DNA of 51,059 bases, from the IMG/VR virus record IMGVR_UViG_3300025816_000004; one strand, given 5' to 3'. The stretch comes from a virus. The translations under genes and the position numbers were made by a program. Positions 17,501 to 24,459 of this stretch are shown in pieces (the first letter of the stretch is position 1; every line of letters begins with the position of its first letter). Under the pieces are notes generated by a model. The model ran no database searches. It was given only the letters and a program-made list of their open reading frames with translations, and was not told the origin of the DNA.

Positions 17501-19539
17501 AATTAAACGATAATACCAATTTCTATGGAGTAACTTTGTCTCCTAAAATGAAACAAAGAAGAGTAGATCAATTAGCTGAAATAGGTATTGACAGTAATCA
17601 AGCTTTAATAGCTTATAAAAGTAATGTAGATGCTGATGGTATTTTTAATGAACAAGCTTTTAGAGATAGTACTTTTTTTGAAGAGCAAGTTTCTCCTGCT
17701 TCTGCTTTATTTGCTAGAGAAATTATTCTTAATCCTACAGCTGCAGAAGGAAGTAAACCTTTATGGATGAGTGGCTACTGGGCGCAACTATTTGTACAGT
17801 TTGCAGGTTATCCTACAGCATTTAATAATACAGTACTTAAAGGTATGGCAAGAAATATGGTAAGAGATCCTGTTGCTAATGTTCCTAAAATTATGGGAGC
17901 AACAACTATGATGACAGGGGTAGCTGTTATGACTAATGCTATTAGAAGTGAAGGCAGAAGTTTACAAGAAGAAGATAGTAAAGTTATGGGAGAAGCTATA
18001 AGAAGATGGGGTGGATTTGGGCCTTATGAATATATACATAAATATCTTGAAGGGGCTAAGTATGGCGGTAGAGAAACAGCTGCAGCAATTAAAGCTCCAT
18101 TAGGGCCTCTTCCTGCAGACCTTATAGATTCTGTAGTTACAGATAAAAGTATTCCTGAAATTCTTGGAACTAATATTCCTTTTTATTCTGCTCTTAAAAA
18201 GAATGAGAAAATTTTTGGAGTAATTCCTTCTAGAAATGATATTAAAAAATTTACTAGGAATTTAGGACAAGGAGTTGTATATGATAAAGATTCTGTAGAG
18301 TCTTTTGCAGAAGGTGGAGAAGTTACACAAAACAACAATAATATAACAGATGTTTATAAGTTTTTAACTAGAGATCAAAATGAATATGGAACTACAGACA
18401 CAACTCCTATTGCTTTGCATACAGAAGATACGTTACCTACATTAGATATTAAAGATACATTCTACATAGACTTAAAAGGCTTTACAGTTGCAGATAAACT
18501 AGAAGCATACCGCAAGTCAGATACTATTGGAGTTCCTGTATACAAAGCTAAAGGCAGAGGAAACGTAGCAGGTAAAATTAAATTTCATAAGTTATTAGAA
18601 TTAGATATTGATAATACAGAACTAGAAACTGTACAAGAAAGTATTAACAAAAATAAAGATGATATAATATATACAGATGATTTTATTGCTAATGAAATTA
18701 TTAAAGAAACAAACTATCAACTTACTCTTAGAGATGATGTTCTTAATGATGATCCTGATAGGACTGCTAATAAAGAAAAATTAATTACTAAAAGTAAAAG
18801 TTTTTTAATAAAGAATGAAATACTTAAACTAGGCTATGATGCTATAAAGACTAAAGAGGGCTATACATTACTTAGAGAGAACCAGTTTTTAGCTACAGAA
18901 ATACTAGATAGAAGACAACAAGTATTCTTAGGTGGTTTATTAAAAAGAGCTAGAGGATTTTTAGGCGCACTTTTAAGAAGAGCTAAAGGTGCAGCAAACA
19001 GGGCTGAAACAAAAATGGAAGATATACAATTTCAAACACAAGACGCTGTATTAATAGGAGGAGCTGCACAAGCTGTTCCTAGAACTTTAGTAACTGATGA
19101 AATAATATTACCTAAACTATTTAAAGATAAGTTAAGAGATAGTGAAAGCTCTGGAAATTATGAAGCTGTAAATAGTCTAGGATATATGGGTGCGTATCAA
19201 TTTGGTAAGAGTAGATTAAAAGATTACAAAGATAGATATAATACATCTTTTACTAATGAAGAATTTTTAGCAGATAAAAAATTACAAGATGAAGTATTTG
19301 ATTGGCATGTTAGTGATATTAGAAAAGGAATTAAAAGAAATAAACTGGATCAATATATTGGTCAAAAAATTAATGGAGTAGCTATTACAGAACCAGGAAT
19401 GGTTGGTGTTGCTCATTTAGGAGGCTTTACAGGTATGAAACAGTTTATTAGAAATTTAGGAGAAGGAGATAAGCAAGATGCTTATGGTACTAAACTTTCT
19501 GATTATCTAGATAAATTTAAAAATACTAGATTTGAGTAA
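14596..19539 (+). CDS. Giant internal virion protein (1647 aa) with a C-terminal lysozyme-like / lytic transglycosylase-like motif (T7 gp16 analogue)
   Basis: C-terminal motif DSESSGNYEAVNSLGYMGAYQFGKSRL (E-S-x-G-N ... G-x-Y-Q-F) typical of transglycosylase-like folds; internal hydrophobic Gly/Ala segments. Confidence 0.65.
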   Translation: MSMTWQQFQQNNPSMFKNLGETQEEKERRQTLENQEKTFSAIKISNNRPDYTAVSGYNDFSNTVNQEINQKKNVYDDPFIQRILDDNTSSNLDRERKQSASFYSDTEYSMNDLDQDQVYQEVGERYLRAIGSDENLYENLRDAKYSIGDAVALAMKSDNWSDQVKADYKYLKTVFDNSNTTGAKHILQATKDIAIDLVFDLPNLLAVPFIVSTGGVGGIALSAASRLGATQAFRQSAKKMALQYNKNKPLRTASIGLTEGAYDAGVIGVSNQISDVQTGIREKFSTPEAIGMTAVGAVIGGGAAAGLVKLGDVIAKRQLNKFAEETGLRTEDIADAKPEQIKKWREDLRKTDKIIGAITGKATTPFKEFAKGSPTIQEFLTNIRYDAMRRLMDKGPEEIAKTTFGAAVSKRQAEYTLLMQKAMGNLTGLNGKIDPVDEADILYLLSRDINLNNHVKLVKFNKKGLNTYEVIEPVIIDGRRMSDEVMKAAKGLDESFNKIFEDGFGIETVGGTVSKFDLFKNISQRVANYFPRHWSIDAIKEQRDVLENLLINSRHTDMRLERMTDEGIEELNLDDGVTRYTIDFDADGKMIPDSVARLDDEARKFVNVNELTIDQKVFGDVINPKTNKPYLERYNGFEDMALESLKKKYNLTDLQVNVSTKKNLLALRPELADEFNLAARKFKAQVIVQDLINKADPKYKNLKGSMPKLGSNTFMKERAFDDIADTDLQKYGFVNTDVQSVVTDYALSMGKTIEKARYFGRSEREFNKRFIEPIIDELDEFGQKYNREELVDNLTKLYKVTAGVEDTVPAYVGKFGRNAVDALKVSQQLAHLGFATVSSLTEPLIALSRADLPDAINLSKSFAVAGSKFAKKAFVTAGDRIANLTGKRTRLFKQLDDEDLYDTYQAGLSLENSVMDRIEGMYGEGLQSGTAKKISNWFFNLNGLTPWTQAVQMGAYKFGQQKVLRILNELNDNTNFYGVTLSPKMKQRRVDQLAEIGIDSNQALIAYKSNVDADGIFNEQAFRDSTFFEEQVSPASALFAREIILNPTAAEGSKPLWMSGYWAQLFVQFAGYPTAFNNTVLKGMARNMVRDPVANVPKIMGATTMMTGVAVMTNAIRSEGRSLQEEDSKVMGEAIRRWGGFGPYEYIHKYLEGAKYGGRETAAAIKAPLGPLPADLIDSVVTDKSIPEILGTNIPFYSALKKNEKIFGVIPSRNDIKKFTRNLGQGVVYDKDSVESFAEGGEVTQNNNNITDVYKFLTRDQNEYGTTDTTPIALHTEDTLPTLDIKDTFYIDLKGFTVADKLEAYRKSDTIGVPVYKAKGRGNVAGKIKFHKLLELDIDNTELETVQESINKNKDDIIYTDDFIANEIIKETNYQLTLRDDVLNDDPDRTANKEKLITKSKSFLIKNEILKLGYDAIKTKEGYTLLRENQFLATEILDRRQQVFLGGLLKRARGFLGALLRRAKGAANRAETKMEDIQFQTQDAVLIGGAAQAVPRTLVTDEIILPKLFKDKLRDSESSGNYEAVNSLGYMGAYQFGKSRLKDYKDRYNTSFTNEEFLADKKLQDEVFDWHVSDIRKGIKRNKLDQYIGQKINGVAITEPGMVGVAHLGGFTGMKQFIRNLGEGDKQDAYGTKLSDYLDKFKNTRFE

Positions 19540-19543
19540 AGAT

Positions 19544-19801
19544 ATGTATTCAGAAGATATACTTATTATGTACCATGAAGATGACTTAGATAGAGCGTAT
19601 CGCATAGATTGCAAGATGCGAACTAAACAAGATTTAGCTTGGTTAAAAAGAGAAGAGTTTAGAAAAGTTTATGAAGAGCTTTTAGAAGCTCATTTAAAGG
19701 GGATGCCAGAATTACCATTAGAAATAATTATGGATTCTGTAGATAGAATACTAGAAAGTAATATACGTTTTAGTCCTGATGAACTAACTAGAGGCAAGTA
19801 G
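19544..19801 (+). CDS. Hypothetical protein (85 aa)
   Basis: ATG 19544 preferred over the TTG 19532 given in the ORF track. Confidence 0.7.
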   Translation: MYSEDILIMYHEDDLDRAYRIDCKMRTKQDLAWLKREEFRKVYEELLEAHLKGMPELPLEIIMDSVDRILESNIRFSPDELTRGK

Positions 19802-19802
19802 A

Positions 19803-20288
19803 ATGAAATTTGGAATGATAAAAAACTTAATAGGCGCAGTAGCTCCAACAATCGGTACAGCCCTGGGTGGGCCTATGGGCAATATGGCAGCTAATATGAT
19901 TGCTGAAACTTTAGGATGTGAGCCTACACCTAAGAAAATAGAGCAAGCAGTACAAGCAGCCACACCAGAACAACTTGCAGAGATTAAAAAGATTGATGCA
20001 GACTTTGAAGTAAAAATGAAAGAGTTAGATGTAGATCTATATGATCTTCAAACTAAAGACATACAAGATGCAAGAGGGAAATTTTCTAAAGATTGGACAT
20101 CTAGAATCATGGGATTAGTTGTTGTTGGTGGCTTTATGGGTTACATTTTTCTAATTACTCTGCAGCCTCCAGAGCAGAACAGCGAAGCGTTGATCAACTT
20201 AGTGCTAGGTTATCTTGGTGGTCTTGCAAGTGCTATTATATCTTTTTATTTTGGAGCGTCTAATACTGGAAGTAAAGACGATAAGTAA
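19803..20288 (+). CDS. Holin, 3-TM GTA-type holin-like (161 aa)
   Basis: Gly-rich N-terminal amphipathic segment, central helical linker, D-x-x-D-A-R then hydrophobic helices (IMGLVVVGGFMGYIFLI, LVLGYLGGLASAIISFYF); architecture of the 'holin of 3TMs' family. Confidence 0.5.
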   Translation: MKFGMIKNLIGAVAPTIGTALGGPMGNMAANMIAETLGCEPTPKKIEQAVQAATPEQLAEIKKIDADFEVKMKELDVDLYDLQTKDIQDARGKFSKDWTSRIMGLVVVGGFMGYIFLITLQPPEQNSEALINLVLGYLGGLASAIISFYFGASNTGSKDDK

Positions 20289-20638
20289 TGGAAGACATTA
20301 TAAATCTGATTAATCAGGTAGGCTTTCCAGTTGCATCTGCATTAGGTTTAGGTTTCTTTATATGGAAACTTATTAACCGCATTATTGATGGTATGGAAGC
20401 TAAGATAGATGTAGTTGATGAAAAAGTAGATGCTAGTCTTAACGCAATGGAAGAAAGACTAAGCACTAAACTTGATGCTCAATACGGAATAATTGTAGCT
20501 TTAATTGATAGGGTACGCGCACTTGATAATCAAACTATACGTCAAGATGTTTTACTAAAAACATTACTTGGTATTCCTAATTTAATTGAAATAGATAAGG
20601 TGGCAAAAGCAGACCGTGAAGATCAAAGAAAAGATTAA
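20288..20638 (+). CDS. N-terminally membrane-anchored coiled-coil protein (116 aa); i-spanin-like architecture
   Basis: TM helix (FPVASALGLGFFIWKLI) followed by a helical charged region; TAATG coupling to the holin. Confidence 0.5.
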   Translation: MEDIINLINQVGFPVASALGLGFFIWKLINRIIDGMEAKIDVVDEKVDASLNAMEERLSTKLDAQYGIIVALIDRVRALDNQTIRQDVLLKTLLGIPNLIEIDKVAKADREDQRKD

Positions 20639-21071
20639 AATTAACCTAATAGCTTTTTTTATTTGGCAAGGAGATATCTTTGCAGACGAATTGTTATTTA
20701 AATTTAAAAGTCCTAGCTTTTCTGGAGTAAATACTAGCAGTCACTATCTTACAATAGAGAACCAAGAAGCTACAAGAAAGCAAGCTATTAAAGAAGAGAT
20801 AGAAGCATATCAAGATCAGTTAGCTAGAGAAGCAGATAACACTACACTTGCAAGGTTTATAAGAAATTTAGAAAGCAGAATCTACGCACAATTATCTAGG
20901 CAAATGGTAGAACAATTATTTGGTGAGACACCACAAACATCAGGATCACTTGAGCTAGAAGGAAATACTATTGAATACAAAGTTGAAAATGAACTTATCA
21001 CGCTTACTATTACAGACGAAAATGGGGGGCAGACCAGTATTACTGTGCCTATTGGTACTTTTACTTTCTAG
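20616..21071 (+). CDS. csgF: CsgF-like curli assembly protein (151 aa, GTG start, Sec signal peptide)
   Basis: Signal peptide ..LIAFFIWQGDIFA; mature N-terminus ELLFKFKSPSFSG resembles E. coli CsgF TMTFQFRNPNFGG; C-terminal ITLTITDENGGQTSITVP resembles LQLNVTDRKTGQTSTIQV (recalled from memory). Confidence 0.7.
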   Translation: MKIKEKIKINLIAFFIWQGDIFADELLFKFKSPSFSGVNTSSHYLTIENQEATRKQAIKEEIEAYQDQLAREADNTTLARFIRNLESRIYAQLSRQMVEQLFGETPQTSGSLELEGNTIEYKVENELITLTITDENGGQTSITVPIGTFTF

Positions 21072-21831
21072 TTGTGCATCTAAAGATTTATTAAACGGAA
21101 GCGGTATACCTAATGTTGTAATAAAAAGTTCTTCTGTATTAGAACTACAGTCTGAAGAATTAAAACAACTTCCTGCAGCAATACGAAAACCAGTAATAGC
21201 TATATACCCTAATAGCTTTAGAGATCACACAGGACAGCGCAGAAGTAATGGGCAGTTTGCCTTGTTCAGTACTGCAATTACGCAGGCCCCTGAAGCATTT
21301 CTTATCAGAGCTTTAAAACAAGCTGCAAAGGGAAAGTTTTTTCAAGTTGCAGAGCGCGTAGGATTAGATTCACTTACTAAAGAAAGACAACTTATACGTT
21401 CAACAAGAGAAACATTTGAAGAGGACAGCAGCGTCAAACCTCTTTTACTAGCAGGACTCTTGATTCAGGGAGGAGTGTTATCGTATGATTCTAATATAAA
21501 ATCTGGAGGCGCAGGAGCAAGACTGTTAGGTCTAGGAAGTTCTAAACAGTATAGAGAAGATTTAATTACCATATCTTTGAGATTAGTTTCTGTCTCAACA
21601 GGAGAAATATTAATAGAAGTATTAGTATCTAAAACAGTTACATCAGCAGGTCTTTCGCAGGATGTGTTTAGATTTTTAGATGAAGGCAGAAGACTTATTG
21701 AAGTAGAAGGAGGAGTTGCAGAGAACGAAAGTACCTCTATAGCTCTACAACAGGCAATAGAAGAAGGTGTTTTACAAATAATTAAAATAGGAATAACCAG
21801 GGGGTATTGGGAATATGAAGAAATTAATTAG
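21022..21831 (+). CDS. csgG: CsgG-like outer-membrane lipoprotein / curli secretion channel (269 aa)
   Basis: Lipobox LLSS|C. YDSNIKSGGAGARLLGLGSSKQYREDLITISLRLVSVSTGEIL resembles E. coli CsgG YESNVKSGGVGARYFGIGADTQYQLDQIAVNLRVVNVSTGEIL. Also DVFRFLD vs GVFRFID and ITRGYWEY vs IDRGLWDL. Confidence 0.88.
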   Translation: MGGRPVLLCLLVLLLSSCASKDLLNGSGIPNVVIKSSSVLELQSEELKQLPAAIRKPVIAIYPNSFRDHTGQRRSNGQFALFSTAITQAPEAFLIRALKQAAKGKFFQVAERVGLDSLTKERQLIRSTRETFEEDSSVKPLLLAGLLIQGGVLSYDSNIKSGGAGARLLGLGSSKQYREDLITISLRLVSVSTGEILIEVLVSKTVTSAGLSQDVFRFLDEGRRLIEVEGGVAENESTSIALQQAIEEGVLQIIKIGITRGYWEYEEIN

Positions 21832-22522
21832 CTTGTTAATGCTTGTTAGCATTTCCGCAACAGCTTCAGACAACGAAATCTTTGTAGATCAAGTAGGAGC
21901 TACAGCTAATATAGATCTTGAACAGTTAGGTAGTGGTAACATTATAGGTGGTCTTACTGCAGTAGCAGGTTCAATGACAGCCTTGGATCTTGACGGAACA
22001 TCCATGACGTTAGACATAAATCAGATTGGTGATGCTAACAAATTTCTAGGAGATATGTATGCAGATTCATACACAGGTTACTTTAATTTTGATGGCGATA
22101 CTAACACGTTCACATCTAAAATGGATCCAACCAATTCGTTTGGTGCAGATGGTTCAAACGTTAATGTCCAAGTGACAGGTAGTACCAACACCTTTACACT
22201 TGATCTAGCTACTAGTGCTTTAGCAAGTAGCGCAGATATAGATTGGACTGTGCAAGGTTCTAGTAATACTATTAATGCTGACATTGATGTGGATTCAGCT
22301 ACTAATTATATGAATATAGATGGCGATAGTAATACAGTAAATTATGATGGAGATGGTTATGCCCAGGGATATTTTCACCTTACACACACAGGAAGTTCAA
22401 GAGCCTTTGATGTGGATCAACAAAGCACACAAGATTCAGATTGGGTTAAAGTTACTTCTACTGGTTCTAACGGTACAGTTTGCATTAACCAAGACGATCA
22501 AGGCACAAGCGTTGGATGTTAA
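21815..22522 (+). CDS. Secreted curlin-repeat-like protein (235 aa), candidate fibre subunit (CsgA/CsgB analogue)
   Basis: Signal peptide MKKLISLLMLVSISATA|SD; about 8-9 imperfect repeats with a h-x-h-x-(Q/D)-x-G-x-x-N core (VDQVGATAN, EQLGSGN, INQIGDAN, VQVTGSTN, TVQGSSN, NIDGDSN); directly downstream of csgG. Confidence 0.5.
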   Translation: MKKLISLLMLVSISATASDNEIFVDQVGATANIDLEQLGSGNIIGGLTAVAGSMTALDLDGTSMTLDINQIGDANKFLGDMYADSYTGYFNFDGDTNTFTSKMDPTNSFGADGSNVNVQVTGSTNTFTLDLATSALASSADIDWTVQGSSNTINADIDVDSATNYMNIDGDSNTVNYDGDGYAQGYFHLTHTGSSRAFDVDQQSTQDSDWVKVTSTGSNGTVCINQDDQGTSVGC

Positions 22523-23540
22523 TATTGGAAACATTACACAATTAAACGGAAATACCAGAGTAGTAAGAGATAAACCTTATAAGAGCGAGATTGATTTCTC
22601 GCTTAACTCTATGGACAAACTAGAAACTGCACAAGGTAGAATGGGTGTTACGTTTAGAGATGATACAACAATACGTTTAACAGAACACAGCAATGTGATT
22701 ATTGATGAGTTTGTATTTGATGTCAATCCTAGCAAGTCAAGTATGGCTCTTAATTTTGTAAAAGGAACCGGGAGATTTATATCCAGTAAGAAGCCACGCA
22801 TACCTAAAGATAATATTACAATCAGGACACACGCGGCAACCATTGGAATAAGGGGGACAGACTTCACAATAACTGTAAAAGAAACTGGTGAAGCTTTGGT
22901 AATACTTTTGCCTGATGAGTTTGGTAATGCAAGTGGGGAGATAACTGTTGATACGGCCTTAGGTCAGGTAATACTTAACAAAGCTTATGAGGCTACTACA
23001 GTCTATAATTTTGAAACAGCACCTACTCCTGCTGTAGTATTAGACCTAACACTAGATATGATTGACAATATGCTTATTGTAAATCCTCCAGAGACTAAAG
23101 AGATTCAAACAGATGAATCAGTTACTGCTGTAGATAATCTATTAGATGTAGACTTTTTAGAGTTTGATGGACTTGAAGAAGATGCTTTAGCTAAAGATGA
23201 TTTAGAATATACAGAGCTTGATGTAGATTATTTGGCAGGTAACTTTCTAGAAGATCTCTTAGACATTATTCAAGAAGTAGATGAGTTAGGTAAAGCTGAG
23301 AAAGCTTTGTCAGCAGACGGAGTTAAAGGAACAGCAGTAGGTTATGATAAGGATACGCAGATCAGTACCTTTGTTACTGACACAAACTTAAAGTTCTTAA
23401 GAGCTATAGAAGATACACTAGAGATGAGCGTAGACAAATCAGGTTCTTACAATATAAGAATAGAACAAGAAGGAAAAGTAAATCAAATAACTACCAACGG
23501 AGGGAGTAGTTCTACTATTACTATTAAACAAGGAAGTTAA
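22410..23540 (+). CDS. Secreted FecR-domain protein with an acidic C-terminal half (376 aa)
   Basis: NGNTRVVRDKPY..LNSMDKLETAQGRMGVTFRDDTTIRLTEHSNVIIDEF fits the FecR beta-domain pattern. ATG 22410 gives a signal-peptide-like N-terminus (..LLLLVLTVQFALTKTIKAQA|LD). The start is uncertain (alternative TTG near 22514). Confidence 0.55.
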   Translation: MWINKAHKIQIGLKLLLLVLTVQFALTKTIKAQALDVNIGNITQLNGNTRVVRDKPYKSEIDFSLNSMDKLETAQGRMGVTFRDDTTIRLTEHSNVIIDEFVFDVNPSKSSMALNFVKGTGRFISSKKPRIPKDNITIRTHAATIGIRGTDFTITVKETGEALVILLPDEFGNASGEITVDTALGQVILNKAYEATTVYNFETAPTPAVVLDLTLDMIDNMLIVNPPETKEIQTDESVTAVDNLLDVDFLEFDGLEEDALAKDDLEYTELDVDYLAGNFLEDLLDIIQEVDELGKAEKALSADGVKGTAVGYDKDTQISTFVTDTNLKFLRAIEDTLEMSVDKSGSYNIRIEQEGKVNQITTNGGSSSTITIKQGS

Positions 23541-24232
23541 AAATTATAAAAGTTTCTATTTATAGGCACTATATTTTTTTCTTCTAATAAAGGAACAGAT
23601 ATAGATATTCTTTTAGATAAGGGTATAGCAGAATGGCCTATTCCTTTTGGAATGTAAAGCATATCTCCTGCAGTTAATTTAAAAGTTTCTACATCTTTTG
23701 TATTGTTTTCAAAACTATTACAGACTGTCCATTGTACTGAGCCAATGCAATGTACAAGAAAATTATCATCATGATCTATATGTGGGCGAAAAGATTTTCC
23801 TTTAGAGTTTCTACTACAATAAAAATGAGCATCACATGCGCCTTTAAACTCTGTCTCTATAGCTTCTGCTATATCTGAAATACTTTGAGTAAGCATAGAT
23901 GCTTTAGTTAGTATAATAGATCCATTGTTATTCCAAAGAGTATGTAAATATTTTTTATCAAAGTAATCTTTTTTAGCCCATGAAGTTTTAGATCCTTGAT
24001 AAAGATTATTTTTTTCCATACAAAGTTTTTTACCATTGGGTAGTATAGCTTGTATGCCTGCTACTGCTCTATCATTATTAATGTAATCAGAAAGTCTATG
24101 CCAAGAAATAATATTACTGTACATAAATCTTCTAAATCTATTTCCTTTAATAACACAGAATTTTTTATCTTTATATTCTGTTTTAAATTCCTCAACAGAC
24201 ATAGGATCAATTAAACTTTTAAAGTCTATCAC
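23537..24232 (-). CDS. JmjC/cupin-type 2-oxoglutarate-Fe(II) oxygenase (231 aa)
   Basis: H-x-D ... H triad: RPHIDHDDNFLVHCIGSVQW ... DMLYIPKGIGHSAIP. Confidence 0.6.
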   Translation of the reverse strand: MIDFKSLIDPMSVEEFKTEYKDKKFCVIKGNRFRRFMYSNIISWHRLSDYINNDRAVAGIQAILPNGKKLCMEKNNLYQGSKTSWAKKDYFDKKYLHTLWNNNGSIILTKASMLTQSISDIAEAIETEFKGACDAHFYCSRNSKGKSFRPHIDHDDNFLVHCIGSVQWTVCNSFENNTKDVETFKLTAGDMLYIPKGIGHSAIPLSKRISISVPLLEEKNIVPINRNFYNF

Positions 24233-24459
24233 TATGCTTTTCGCCCATTTAAATCCGCTTCTATTTTATTATGTACATTATCTAATTCTCTGGTCGCGCT
24301 TCGCATTGTGGACTGTAACAGGTTAAAATCTTCTTTAGTTAAATGTTTTTTTAATTGTGTAATGTCTGTACTTGTACGTTCAGTAATTAACTGTCCTTGT
24401 TTATTAAACAAAATTGCATACGCTAACAACTTTGCTTCTTCCCTTTTTATTCTTGCCAT
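24232..24459 (-). CDS. Hypothetical protein (75 aa)
   Basis: ORF tightly coupled between RNR and the oxygenase (ATGA/TAATG-type junctions). Confidence 0.7.
   Translation of the reverse strand: MARIKREEAKLLAYAILFNKQGQLITERTSTDITQLKKHLTKEDFNLLQSTMRSATRELDNVHNKIEADLNGRKA

Noticed and set aside
20971-21021. Upstream extension of the CsgG-like ORF (track start 20971)
   Set aside because: ATG 21022 yields a canonical lipoprotein signal (MGGRPVLLCLLVLLLSSC). The 17 extra residues would bury the signal peptide and lengthen the overlap with csgF.
22344-22409. Upstream extension of the FecR-domain ORF (track start 22344)
   Set aside because: It adds 22 non-signal residues ahead of the signal-like segment and lengthens the overlap with the curlin-like gene. 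ATG 22410 is more plausible, and even that start is flagged as uncertain.
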